NCBI GenBank assembly: GCA_913046035.1
Contig: CAJWSW010000005.1
Span: forward strand, 6,667-70,666
Reading direction: 5' to 3'
Origin: an uncultured Alphaproteobacteria bacterium
Lineage (GTDB): Bacteria > Pseudomonadota > Alphaproteobacteria > MPNO01 > UBA830
Length of the DNA stretch: 64,000 nt
Shown: positions 19,839-29,127 of the stretch, one piece after another
Layout of the letters: each line of letters starts with the position of its first letter
Position numbering within the stretch: position 1 is the first letter of the stretch
Notes under the pieces: model-generated
What the model was told of the DNA's origin: nothing
What the model saw: only the letters and a program-made list of their open reading frames with translations
The model's database searches: none
Translations under genes and position numbers: made by a program

Positions 19839-20702
19839 ATGAATTCATCGGAAAGATTGAACGGTATCATCCGCGCGTTAGAGAATGGTGGACATGCTTT
19901 TTCCGCTTTTGTGCCAATGGACATTCAGACCGGGATGCAAATGTCCGCTACGCTATATGATGGCATCGTGTATGAAGGGGAGCATCTACCCTGGGATATT
20001 TCTGCCTTACGGGATGCCATGCAATTTATGCTCGATCGTCGAGCGATTGCGAGTAGCGCTTCCATCGCGCCGTCAGTGACGCCATTGGTTAGGGTTCCGG
20101 TCAACGGCATCGAGATGGGCCAGTGGCACGCTAAGCAGGCATTGGATACTGGCGTTTACGGTGTTGTTTGGCCACATATTAGCACCGTGGATGAAGCCTA
20201 TAACGCTGTTGCCGCCTGCCGCTATCCGCGTTTGAAGGACAAGCCGATTTATGAGCCACAAGGCATTCGCGGTGACGGTCCGGTTCGAGCAGCAAGGTAC
20301 TGGGGGCTCACGCAGCAGGAATACTATAAAAAGGCCGATGTATGGCCGCTTGCACCCGATGGTGAAATCTTCGTTATAATACAAATCGAGGATACGAAAG
20401 GCATCTCAAACCTGTCAGATATGCTCGAAAACGTTCCGGGCATTGGTGCAGTTCTTATTGGAGAGGGTGATCTCGGCCAAGAGCTCGGGTTCCCGCGCCA
20501 GTATGACCACCCGGAATTGTTGAGCGCAATGGCTCAAGTTGTCGATATCTGCGGGAGGCATGGGGTTTTCGTGGGGCACCCGCATGCAAATGCCGAGAAT
20601 ATGCAAGAGTTAATGGATCAGGGCTATCGGTTCTTAATGTCAGCGCCGGGACGCCACTACAAGGATCTAGAAAAAGGGCTTGAACTAGCCGGCCGTGGCT
20701 GA
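19839..20702 (+). CDS. HpcH/HpaI aldolase/citrate lyase family protein
   Basis: EGEH, PLVRVP, KQALDTG, ACRYP..GIRG, QIED, GEGDL. Confidence 0.87.
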   Translation: MNSSERLNGIIRALENGGHAFSAFVPMDIQTGMQMSATLYDGIVYEGEHLPWDISALRDAMQFMLDRRAIASSASIAPSVTPLVRVPVNGIEMGQWHAKQALDTGVYGVVWPHISTVDEAYNAVAACRYPRLKDKPIYEPQGIRGDGPVRAARYWGLTQQEYYKKADVWPLAPDGEIFVIIQIEDTKGISNLSDMLENVPGIGAVLIGEGDLGQELGFPRQYDHPELLSAMAQVVDICGRHGVFVGHPHANAENMQELMDQGYRFLMSAPGRHYKDLEKGLELAGRG

Positions 20703-20725
20703 CTTCAGAATAAAGGAGATAAAAT

Positions 20726-22069
20726 ATGATATCCGATACACCCAAGAAACGTTCATATTTCGCCGCTAGTTCCAACTTTGCTGATGGTTCAGATAGCCCG
20801 CGGGATTTCCTCGATCGTTGTATCTCAGAGATCGAGGCGCGCGAAACTGATGTAAAGGCTTTCGAATATCTAAATCTCGATGCGGCACGTTCTGAGGCAG
20901 ATGCGGCTACCGAGCGTTGGAGAAACGGCAATCAGCTCTCACCCATTGACGGTATGCCGGTTGGAGTGAAAGACGTTATGGAAACGGCTGATATGCCGAC
21001 TGGGCAAGGCTCTGCGCTGTTTCAGGGCATAGAGACGGGGCGCGACTGTGCTGCCGTCGTCGCTATGCGCGAGGCGGGAGCCATAATGGTTGGAAAAACG
21101 GTAACTACAGAATTCGCGGCTACACAACCTGGCAAAACACATAATCCCTGGGACTTAGAACGAACGCCGGGCGGATCGAGCAGTGGTTCAGCCGCTGCCG
21201 TCGGTTGTGGCATGTTGGCAGGGGCTACTGGCTCACAAGTTATCGGGTCGATCATTCGGCCGTCAGGTTACTGTGGTGCATTTGGATACAAACCCAGCGT
21301 TGGCGGAATAAATCGTGGCGGCAGTTTTGACGGGTTCAGTCAGAGCTGCACAGGCATAATTGCTGCTAGCCTTGCTGAGTGCTGGTCGATGACCCGAGAG
21401 ATCACGTCGCGCACTGGTGGAGACGCGGGATACGTCGGGGTCACCGGACCGATGGAGATCCCGACGGCAAAAAAACCAGAAGTGGTTGCGATGTTGTATA
21501 CGGCCGGCTGGGCAAATGCCACTGATGACGCTAAGGCTGAATGGCAGCGCTCCCGGGACACACTTGTTGCGGCAGGTGTAGAGGTAGTCGATCGAGAAAG
21601 CGACGGTAAGGTAAAAGCGGTTGAAGAGGCGATCGCTGGTGCAATGGATCTGTCGATGAATATTAATGCGTGGGAGGGTCGGTTTCCGTTAGACACATAT
21701 AATCGAAACATGGACGCCTCGAAGCTGAGTGACAGCGCCCATAATCGGCTGCAACAGGCCTTAGGTATGACCCAAGAGAAATTTGCTGAGCTCTTGGCAG
21801 AGCGCGATAGGGTCCGCGGCATCTATGCTGGGTTGGACGGACATATTGACGTCTGCATTACCTTGTCCGCGCCAGGCGCCGCACCAAAGGGGCTAGATTG
21901 GACGGGCGACCCGCTCTTCACAGTCCCGACATCGCTTGTTGGAATGCCAACAGTTACGCTACCGGTTCTTAGTGACGGGGGCTTGCCGTTGGGGCTTCAA
22001 GTTATCGGTCATACTAATCAAGATGCTCAACTTTTCGCTTATGCTGGCGGTATTCTCAATCTTTTCTGA
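20726..22069 (+). CDS. Amidase signature family protein
   Basis: GVKD, GKTVTTEFA, TPGGSSSGSAAAV, GSIIRP. Confidence 0.92.
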   Translation: MISDTPKKRSYFAASSNFADGSDSPRDFLDRCISEIEARETDVKAFEYLNLDAARSEADAATERWRNGNQLSPIDGMPVGVKDVMETADMPTGQGSALFQGIETGRDCAAVVAMREAGAIMVGKTVTTEFAATQPGKTHNPWDLERTPGGSSSGSAAAVGCGMLAGATGSQVIGSIIRPSGYCGAFGYKPSVGGINRGGSFDGFSQSCTGIIAASLAECWSMTREITSRTGGDAGYVGVTGPMEIPTAKKPEVVAMLYTAGWANATDDAKAEWQRSRDTLVAAGVEVVDRESDGKVKAVEEAIAGAMDLSMNINAWEGRFPLDTYNRNMDASKLSDSAHNRLQQALGMTQEKFAELLAERDRVRGIYAGLDGHIDVCITLSAPGAAPKGLDWTGDPLFTVPTSLVGMPTVTLPVLSDGGLPLGLQVIGHTNQDAQLFAYAGGILNLF

Positions 22070-22207
22070 TATTGTTTAGAGGCAGAAAGCACAATGTCCT
22101 TAGGTTGAATCAAGGGAGATTCCTCTAATGCAGTCTTATAAAGCTGCGGGAAAATGTTTGAGCATCTCTAGAAGTCAAAATCAGCGCTCTCTAATACATC
22201 GGGGGGA

Positions 22208-22828
22208 CTAAACCACCGGTTTCATGATGTGTGCTTGGTAGCCGGGTCTTTGGGAGAGACTTTCAACCCATCTTCTGAGGTTTGGGTAGTCCTCCCGCTC
22301 GATCGGCATATTAAACCAACGCCAGGCGGCGATGCCGAGCGGTATGTCGCCTATGCTGAATTTGTCACCGGCCATGAAGGTATTTTTCTTGAGTGTATCA
22401 TCCATGATGGCCATCTTCGCCGACAACGCGGCGCGACCCAGTTCGATGATTTCCATGTTTCGATTTTCTGGTGCAGTCCTGATCATACCGCGAAAAACAG
22501 GTATCATCGCAGGGCTGACCGTTGTCACTTGCCAGTCCATCCAACGTTCGGCGACTGCTCGGACCTGCAGGTCCTCGGGATACAGACCACCAGGATCGTG
22601 TTTTGCGGCTAAATAACGAACACAAGCATTAGATTCCCAATTTACAAAACCGCTGTCGATGATCACTGGCACAAGGCCGTTAGGGTTTAGTGCTCCAAAC
22701 TCAGGTGTATCGTTGCCACCGAATTCTCCGCCGACATCTTCTCGTTCAAACTCAAGTCCAAGTTCTGCGCAAGCCCAGAGGACCTTCATGACGTTTGAAG
22801 AGGTATCGCGTCCCAAAACTTTAAGCAT
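22208..22828 (-). CDS. Glutathione S-transferase, GstB/YliJ-like
   Basis: GRDTSSNVMKVLW, NPNGLVP, WESNACVRYL, ERWMDWQ. Confidence 0.92.
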   Translation of the reverse strand: MLKVLGRDTSSNVMKVLWACAELGLEFEREDVGGEFGGNDTPEFGALNPNGLVPVIIDSGFVNWESNACVRYLAAKHDPGGLYPEDLQVRAVAERWMDWQVTTVSPAMIPVFRGMIRTAPENRNMEIIELGRAALSAKMAIMDDTLKKNTFMAGDKFSIGDIPLGIAAWRWFNMPIEREDYPNLRRWVESLSQRPGYQAHIMKPVV

Positions 22829-22890
22829 TTTGATAATCGTCTTTAAAACAACCTGATGGATTATTCCGTATCAGCTGTCGCCTGTCGACG

Positions 22891-23730
22891 GTGGATCCCG
22901 GAGATAGTATATTTTATTTGAATTTGAGTATGGCGATGAAATCCGAATTTGAAATTTTAAAAATCGCGAACACGCGGGTCGAGGCAGAATACCTTGGAAA
23001 TGGCCCGCCGCTCATATTTTTGCATGGTGAAGACGGGTTCGAGATCAATTCGTCGCTGGTATCCCGATTGGCTCATAAATTTCACATTATCGCGCCGCGA
23101 TTGCCGGGTTTCGGCAAGACACAGCTACAGGATAACATTCGTAATATTGATGACGTGTCCTATATCTGGCTCGATCTCTTGGATCGTCTTGATGTAAAGG
23201 ACGCTGTCGTTTTGGGTTTTTCTGTCGGTGGTTGGTTGGCTCTGGAAATGGCGACTAAGAACACGTCGCGAATGGCTTGCATGGTGCTGACGGGATCTGT
23301 GGGCGTTAAGTTTGGTGGGGCCTACGATCGGGATATTGAGGATATTTATTTCCACGAGGCAAAAACCGTTCGTTCCATGCGATTTGTTGATGCGGAAAAA
23401 GATCCTCATTACGACCTAACTGGGCTGAGCAAAGGCGAGGCACTAGCATTAGCTCGGTCGAGGGAAGCCATCGCAAAAATCTGCTGGAAGCCGTATTTTC
23501 ACAATCCGTCATTACGACAACGACTAAACCGCGTTAATATCCCGGCTCAGGTTATTTGGGGTGGGAAAGATCGGATGACGTTGCCGAAATACGGTCGGGC
23601 GCTCGCGAAAGCGTTACCGGATGCAAATTTTGCAGCTATTCCGGGATCGGCCCATTTTCCTCATATCGAGCAACCCGACCTTTTTTGGGGCGTGTTAAAC
23701 GATTTTCTAGATCGCTTTAATGAAAGGTGA
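22891..23730 (+). CDS. Alpha/beta fold hydrolase
   Basis: FLHG, PGFG, GFSVGG nucleophile elbow, AHFPHIEQP; true start probably near 22930-22936. Confidence 0.9.
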   Translation: MDPGDSIFYLNLSMAMKSEFEILKIANTRVEAEYLGNGPPLIFLHGEDGFEINSSLVSRLAHKFHIIAPRLPGFGKTQLQDNIRNIDDVSYIWLDLLDRLDVKDAVVLGFSVGGWLALEMATKNTSRMACMVLTGSVGVKFGGAYDRDIEDIYFHEAKTVRSMRFVDAEKDPHYDLTGLSKGEALALARSREAIAKICWKPYFHNPSLRQRLNRVNIPAQVIWGGKDRMTLPKYGRALAKALPDANFAAIPGSAHFPHIEQPDLFWGVLNDFLDRFNER

Positions 23731-23848
23731 TAGAGTGATAGGCTCACCAAAACTCTCATTCTTTGAAGAAATTTTACGTTGTGGCGCCTCGGGCAAAGCG
23801 CGCTTCTGCAGAGCAGGATAAACAGATTATTTATTTGGGAGCACTCTA

Positions 23849-25048
23849 ATGGAGTTCTATCATTTCACCGAATTCGCCTGGCCCCACCTCCCTCCTGAGG
23901 ACGAATTCACGTCTGCACGTTTAAACCTACCAAGCAGCGTTTACGACCCTGAGAAGGGTGCTGATCTTTTAAATATGTGTCTCGATCAGCACGTTCTCGC
24001 GGATGAACTTGGCCTTAATTGTATGGTTAACGAACATCATCAAACCGCGACTTGCTTGAATTCGTCGGGTGTTGTGCCCTTGTCGATACTTGCGCGCCAA
24101 ACCAAGAATGCACGTATTTTGATCCTCGGTAATCCGGTTGCCAACCTTGCTGATCCGATCCGGTGTGCAGAAGAAATGGCGATGATTGATAATATTTCTT
24201 ATGGGCGGCTCGATTGCGGATTTGTTCGCGGCGTGCCCTATGAGTTGTTCGCCTCGAACCAAAACCCAACTGAAACTAGCGAACGGTTGTGGGAGTCAAT
24301 TGGGCTGATTCAAAAGGCCTGGACTACTCACGACGGCCCGTTCAACTATGAGGGAAAGTGGTTGCACAAACGTCAAGTGAATGTGTGGCCGCGTCCTTAC
24401 CAGCAACCGCATCCGCCAATTTGGACGACTGGTGGCAGCGATATTGCCCATGCTTGTAGGACGGTTTCAAATGGCTTTACGTTTGCGATGTTCCTGACGC
24501 CTGTCGACAAATTAGCGGCAATGTTCAAGGGTGTACGCAAATGGTGCAGGGATCAGGGTCTGGAACGGCCGACCGATGATAAGTTTGCCTTTATGCCGTT
24601 GGTCGCTGTGGGTGAGACAGAAAAAGAAGCACGCGAAGTGATCGAGCGGGTATTCTGGTACGTCGTAAACAACAAGGCCGAGGCGCAGCACCGTGCACCA
24701 CCGGGTTACGTTGAGACAAGCCTTTTTGCCGACTTCTTGTCCGGTAGATTTACAGGAGGTCGCACCGACGCGATACGCACTAAAGGTATGGAGTATTTCC
24801 GAGAGAATCATGTGGCAATTTACGGAACACCGGAAAACGTCGTGAACCAGATAAAATCCTTACACAAAAAGTCTGGTGGGTTCGGTCATCTGGTAGCAAT
24901 GTTGCACGCTGGCGATATGGACTTTGAAATGACAGCGAAGAGTATGACCCTTTTCGGTCAAAAAGTGGCGCCTCACCTTAAAGATCTGGGGTCGGTAAGC
25001 ACAAGTTTTGGTCCTTTACGCAAAAGAGGCGCAAAGAAAGCTGCCTAA
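23849..25048 (+). CDS. LLM class flavin-dependent oxidoreductase
   Basis: NEHHQT, PIRCAEEMAMID, GRLDCGFVRG, WPRPYQQPHPPIW. Confidence 0.92.
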   Translation: MEFYHFTEFAWPHLPPEDEFTSARLNLPSSVYDPEKGADLLNMCLDQHVLADELGLNCMVNEHHQTATCLNSSGVVPLSILARQTKNARILILGNPVANLADPIRCAEEMAMIDNISYGRLDCGFVRGVPYELFASNQNPTETSERLWESIGLIQKAWTTHDGPFNYEGKWLHKRQVNVWPRPYQQPHPPIWTTGGSDIAHACRTVSNGFTFAMFLTPVDKLAAMFKGVRKWCRDQGLERPTDDKFAFMPLVAVGETEKEAREVIERVFWYVVNNKAEAQHRAPPGYVETSLFADFLSGRFTGGRTDAIRTKGMEYFRENHVAIYGTPENVVNQIKSLHKKSGGFGHLVAMLHAGDMDFEMTAKSMTLFGQKVAPHLKDLGSVSTSFGPLRKRGAKKAA

Positions 25049-25095
25049 AACCTACCAGCCTGCGGCAATAGCCAAAGGCTTTGCTTTGCATTTGG

Positions 25096-26406
25096 CTAGG
25101 CTAACGCTCTATTCAGACCCCAAAGTAAGCCCGCAGTTATTGTAGACGTTAAAAAGACGTAAGCGATGTTTGCCCGTGTAATGAGTTCAAGTGGCGGTAT
25201 TTTGAACATCGTGGCTCCTGTAACGACCGTAAGGCTTGCAATCGAAATTCCGCTACACAAGCCCCAGCCCACCAAAATAGATTGCATAAGGACCAAGTCA
25301 GTTACGCCGGAAGGGACGCTGGTAAATATCACCAGAAGAAATGTGCCGCTTACGATGGAATGTATACCGAACAATCCAGCGAAGTTCATCGTCATGATTA
25401 TGATTAGTATTACTGCCCATGGAGGCAGCGCGAGAGAATTGAGCCAGTTTAGTAATCCCATTTGAGGCAAAGCCGCTTCAAAAACCGCCCCGAGTGTTGT
25501 CGAGCAGACGAGGATAAGCGTCTCAGGTCCGATGCGACCGATTCCATTGCCTGTTTGTATTGCTGCCTTTTTGATGTCGGCCGTTCGGACTGATAATACT
25601 GCTAACACGCAGGGGATCGGCAGCGCCAAGACAAGGGCCTCCAGCGTAGTTAATTCTAACGTGACCGTAGCGCCTACGACGATGAGGGCAGCGATAAAAA
25701 CGGGCAACGCTACCGGCGCCAACGAGGCTAGGGAGCGGCTTAGTGCAATAACCCCGGGTTTACGATCAAACAGCGCGAATGAAATTAGGATTGCTATAAC
25801 AGTCAATAACAATCCGAGTCCCATAATTTGCCAAAGTGGTACCAGCGGAAGGTACTGACTTGCGACGGCCATGCCGACTATAAAAGGTGACCAAAAAGGG
25901 ACCGTCATCATGCCTCTGATAGCGGTGGTAAACACTTCACGTCTTTCGGTAAGTGGCGCATTTCTGCCCAGGATTGGGGCGAGGACAGCAAATACGCCGA
26001 CCTGCAGAATTGCGCCGATTAAATGAGTGCCAATGACGATACCGCTGTCGCGTTCATTTTTAGGCAGTTCACTGAATAGCTGACGCGCGTTGGCGATTTC
26101 AGGGCGTTGGTCTGCGGCTGCGCGAAGCAGTACGATAGTTGCTAAGAAAGCGGGGAAGATTGATGCATTCGCGACTCCATTAGCAATGGCGCGCCATTGG
26201 CCATAACTCTGCGCAACACCAAGCATTGCGACCATTAACAAGCCGCAGAGTATTAGTGTATGTTTCGGCATGCGTGGTAGGCCGACAATGAGAAAGCCTA
26301 TGATGAGCGTAATCATCGTCTCAGTCAGGTAGGGAGCGGTCACCAGAATTCTCGCTACGGCTAGAACCCAAAGCATCGCGATTAAGAGGCTGAGTAGCTT
26401 ATTCAT
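25096..26406 (-). CDS. Multi-pass membrane protein, putative transporter
   Basis: About 11-12 hydrophobic segments and an RG....WSPF motif; its start overlaps the dioxygenase stop (TAATG). Confidence 0.75.
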   Translation of the reverse strand: MNKLLSLLIAMLWVLAVARILVTAPYLTETMITLIIGFLIVGLPRMPKHTLILCGLLMVAMLGVAQSYGQWRAIANGVANASIFPAFLATIVLLRAAADQRPEIANARQLFSELPKNERDSGIVIGTHLIGAILQVGVFAVLAPILGRNAPLTERREVFTTAIRGMMTVPFWSPFIVGMAVASQYLPLVPLWQIMGLGLLLTVIAILISFALFDRKPGVIALSRSLASLAPVALPVFIAALIVVGATVTLELTTLEALVLALPIPCVLAVLSVRTADIKKAAIQTGNGIGRIGPETLILVCSTTLGAVFEAALPQMGLLNWLNSLALPPWAVILIIIMTMNFAGLFGIHSIVSGTFLLVIFTSVPSGVTDLVLMQSILVGWGLCSGISIASLTVVTGATMFKIPPLELITRANIAYVFLTSTITAGLLWGLNRALA

Positions 26407-27272
26407 TAGGCGGGCGAGGTATCGCCTTCTATCGTTGTGGTGCGCCGTAGTTCGCGGCGTTGGGTGTAGTCGAAGCGCCGACCGCGATGGAGCGTGGAGC
26501 GGTTATCCCACATCACAAGATCCCCTACTTGCCATTCGTGGCGATAAACAAATTTAGCTTGAGTGCAGTGCTCGATTAACTCATGGATAAGTATCCGCGC
26601 TTCGGGCACGCTCATCCCTTCGATTTTATGGATATGGATTGGCGCGAAAAGCACCTTGCGACCAGATCCTGGATGAGTGCGTATCAAAGGCCAATGCGCG
26701 GACGTGATATTGCTAAGCTGTTCGTCAGAATAGCGGTTACCCAGCAGCATCCGCGAATAAAGCGGGTGATGTTCGCCTATAAGATCGGCAATGATTTCCT
26801 TTAGTTCTGGCGGCAGTTCATCGTAGGCAGCACGCAGATCAGCGAACTCAGTCTCGCCGCCCTTAGCGGGGACTTCACATGCACACAGAAGCGAATATTT
26901 CGCAACCGTTGGCAAAAAAGAGGAATCTGTGTGCCATAACTGATTAGCCATCGATGACGTGACCGACTGGTGGTCTCTCATCATGATCTTATTGTCTGCG
27001 TTTATATTAGCAATATCGACAAAGCCCCTGTGTTTGAAACGGTTCGGCTTCTTAGTTATCGGCAGTAGCCCCATATCGAGTGGGCCAAACCATTTTGTGA
27101 GAGCCATGTGCTGATCTTCGTCGATTGGCTGATCTCGCCACACAAGGACCGCGTACCGATCCATCGCTTTTTCAATTGAAGCCGCGATATTTGAGTCAAT
27201 GGGCTGACGCAGGTCGATCCCTGATGCTTTAGCGGAAAAAAACTCAGATATTGGCGAAAACTTTAGTGGCAT
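26406..27272 (-). CDS. TfdA-like Fe(II)/2-oxoglutarate dioxygenase
   Basis: NQLWHTDSSF, GGETEFADLRAAYD, RTHPGSGRK, WDNRSTLHRGR, close to TfdA motifs. Start revised to MPLKFS. Confidence 0.9.
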   Translation of the reverse strand: MPLKFSPISEFFSAKASGIDLRQPIDSNIAASIEKAMDRYAVLVWRDQPIDEDQHMALTKWFGPLDMGLLPITKKPNRFKHRGFVDIANINADNKIMMRDHQSVTSSMANQLWHTDSSFLPTVAKYSLLCACEVPAKGGETEFADLRAAYDELPPELKEIIADLIGEHHPLYSRMLLGNRYSDEQLSNITSAHWPLIRTHPGSGRKVLFAPIHIHKIEGMSVPEARILIHELIEHCTQAKFVYRHEWQVGDLVMWDNRSTLHRGRRFDYTQRRELRRTTTIEGDTSPA

Positions 27273-27323
27273 CCTGTTTCCCTTAGCGCAATGTAGGTTT
27301 ATCTTAAACCCCACAGGGTCAAT

Positions 27324-28775
27324 ATGAACAGCGGAGGTATGGACGTGCCAAATAAAGATTTGCGGGACTGGATTAAAGAGCTCGAGTCAAATGGCCAGTT
27401 ACAGCATGTAAGCGGTGCTGACCATCACGAGGAGATAGGCGCAATCGTCGACATCCATATGCACAAAATGACAAATCCAGCTGTTATGTTCGACGAGATC
27501 CCAGGCTTTCCAAAAGAAAACCGCGTGCTCGCTAATATCCTGACGTCCGTGCCTCGCATCAATCTTGCACTCGGTAAGCCTGTTGACACATCCGAGATTG
27601 AATTAGTGAATTATTGGCGCGAATACATGAAAGACCAGCCGACACATGCTCCTGTGGAGGTTAATGGAGGCCCCCTGATCGAGAATGTGTTTGAGGGCGA
27701 CGATATAAATATCAAGACGATACCAGCGCCAAAATGGCACGAACTCGACGGTGGCTATTTTATCGGGACTGCGTGCATGGTGTTGCTGCGAGATCCGGAT
27801 ACAGGTTGGATCAATTATGGAGCCTACCGCGTGCAATCGCACGATGCCAAGACCGCGTCCGTGATGGTATCAAAGGGTAAGCACGGAGACATCCTTATGC
27901 GAAAATATTTCGACCGCGGTGAGCCTTGCCCTATAGCCGTGGTCGCTGGTATGCACCCTGCGCTTTTCATGGTTGCAGGCCTTGAAATGCCATATGGCAA
28001 AAATGAATACGATTGCGCTGGGGGTATTATCGGTGAGGGCGTCGAAGTGATAAACATGCCCAAGACGGGCCTGCCAGTGCCGGCGAACGCCGAAATAGCC
28101 TTTGAGGGATTTATCCACCCCGATGACCTGATTGATGAGGGCCCATTTGGGGAATGGCCTGGCTACTATGCGGGCGACATGCACCCGGAGCCTGCCATTC
28201 GCATCGAAACCTTTATGCACCGGGATAACCCAATATTGCTGGGAGCAATTCCGGCAGTCCCGCCGAATGACGATACATTTTATCGTGGCACTTACCGTTG
28301 CGGCGCCGTTTGGAACCAACTCGAGGCCGCTGGTATCCCCGAGGTTAAAGGGGTTTGGGCTCATGAGGCCGGCGGCAGTCGTATGTGGCTGACTGTGTCG
28401 ATTGCAACCAAGTATGGTGGACATTCGAAACAGGCTGGATTGGTTGCTTCTCAGTGCCACGCCGGCGCTTACGCTAACCGATGGGTTATTGTAGTTGACG
28501 AGGATATCGACCCATCAAATATGAATGACGTAATTTGGGCTATGTGCACGCGTTGCGATCCAAAGGATGGACTCGATGTTATAAACGGTTGCTGGAGCAC
28601 GCACCTTGATCCTATGAGCTACAGCCACGAAGATCGACGCAATTCTCGTGTCGTGGTTGATGCTTGTATCCCTTTTAAGGACAAAGAGACCTTCCCTGCA
28701 GTTGCACGGGCGTCGAAGGAACTTGATGAACGGGTCCGGGCAAAATTCGGCAATGTCCTCCCGGAGGGATCTTAG
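27324..28775 (+). CDS. UbiD family prFMN-dependent (de)carboxylase
   Basis: DLRDWI, DGGYF, NYGAYR, VPANAEIAFEG, EGPFGEWPGYY, VVDEDIDP; the start may be GTG 27345 after GGAGGT. Confidence 0.93.
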   Translation: MNSGGMDVPNKDLRDWIKELESNGQLQHVSGADHHEEIGAIVDIHMHKMTNPAVMFDEIPGFPKENRVLANILTSVPRINLALGKPVDTSEIELVNYWREYMKDQPTHAPVEVNGGPLIENVFEGDDINIKTIPAPKWHELDGGYFIGTACMVLLRDPDTGWINYGAYRVQSHDAKTASVMVSKGKHGDILMRKYFDRGEPCPIAVVAGMHPALFMVAGLEMPYGKNEYDCAGGIIGEGVEVINMPKTGLPVPANAEIAFEGFIHPDDLIDEGPFGEWPGYYAGDMHPEPAIRIETFMHRDNPILLGAIPAVPPNDDTFYRGTYRCGAVWNQLEAAGIPEVKGVWAHEAGGSRMWLTVSIATKYGGHSKQAGLVASQCHAGAYANRWVIVVDEDIDPSNMNDVIWAMCTRCDPKDGLDVINGCWSTHLDPMSYSHEDRRNSRVVVDACIPFKDKETFPAVARASKELDERVRAKFGNVLPEGS

Positions 28776-29127
28776 GGTAAGCCACCGTTTTAATTGTCAA
28801 TGTCCTACAATGCGTCGCAATTCTGCCGACGACCTCAACCCGAGCTAACGGCTTTAACACAATAGGAACTAGTGATTACCTAATGTTGAAAACCTGGCAT
28901 GGAGGGTGCTTTTTGCGTCTGCTATACCGATTTGGGTGACCTAATATTCAAGCCGGGATAGGCCGTTTCCCTGCGTATAGAGTATATCTTTAGTAAGATT
29001 TACTTCTCACATCCAATGTGAAGGGTAGCGTAATAAGAAGCGCGCTGCATTTTGAACGGATAAATCGTTCGGGGTGGAAACTATTCGTAACTGCTTACCC
29101 CTGTTTCCAGAAAACCATCCTCACGCC

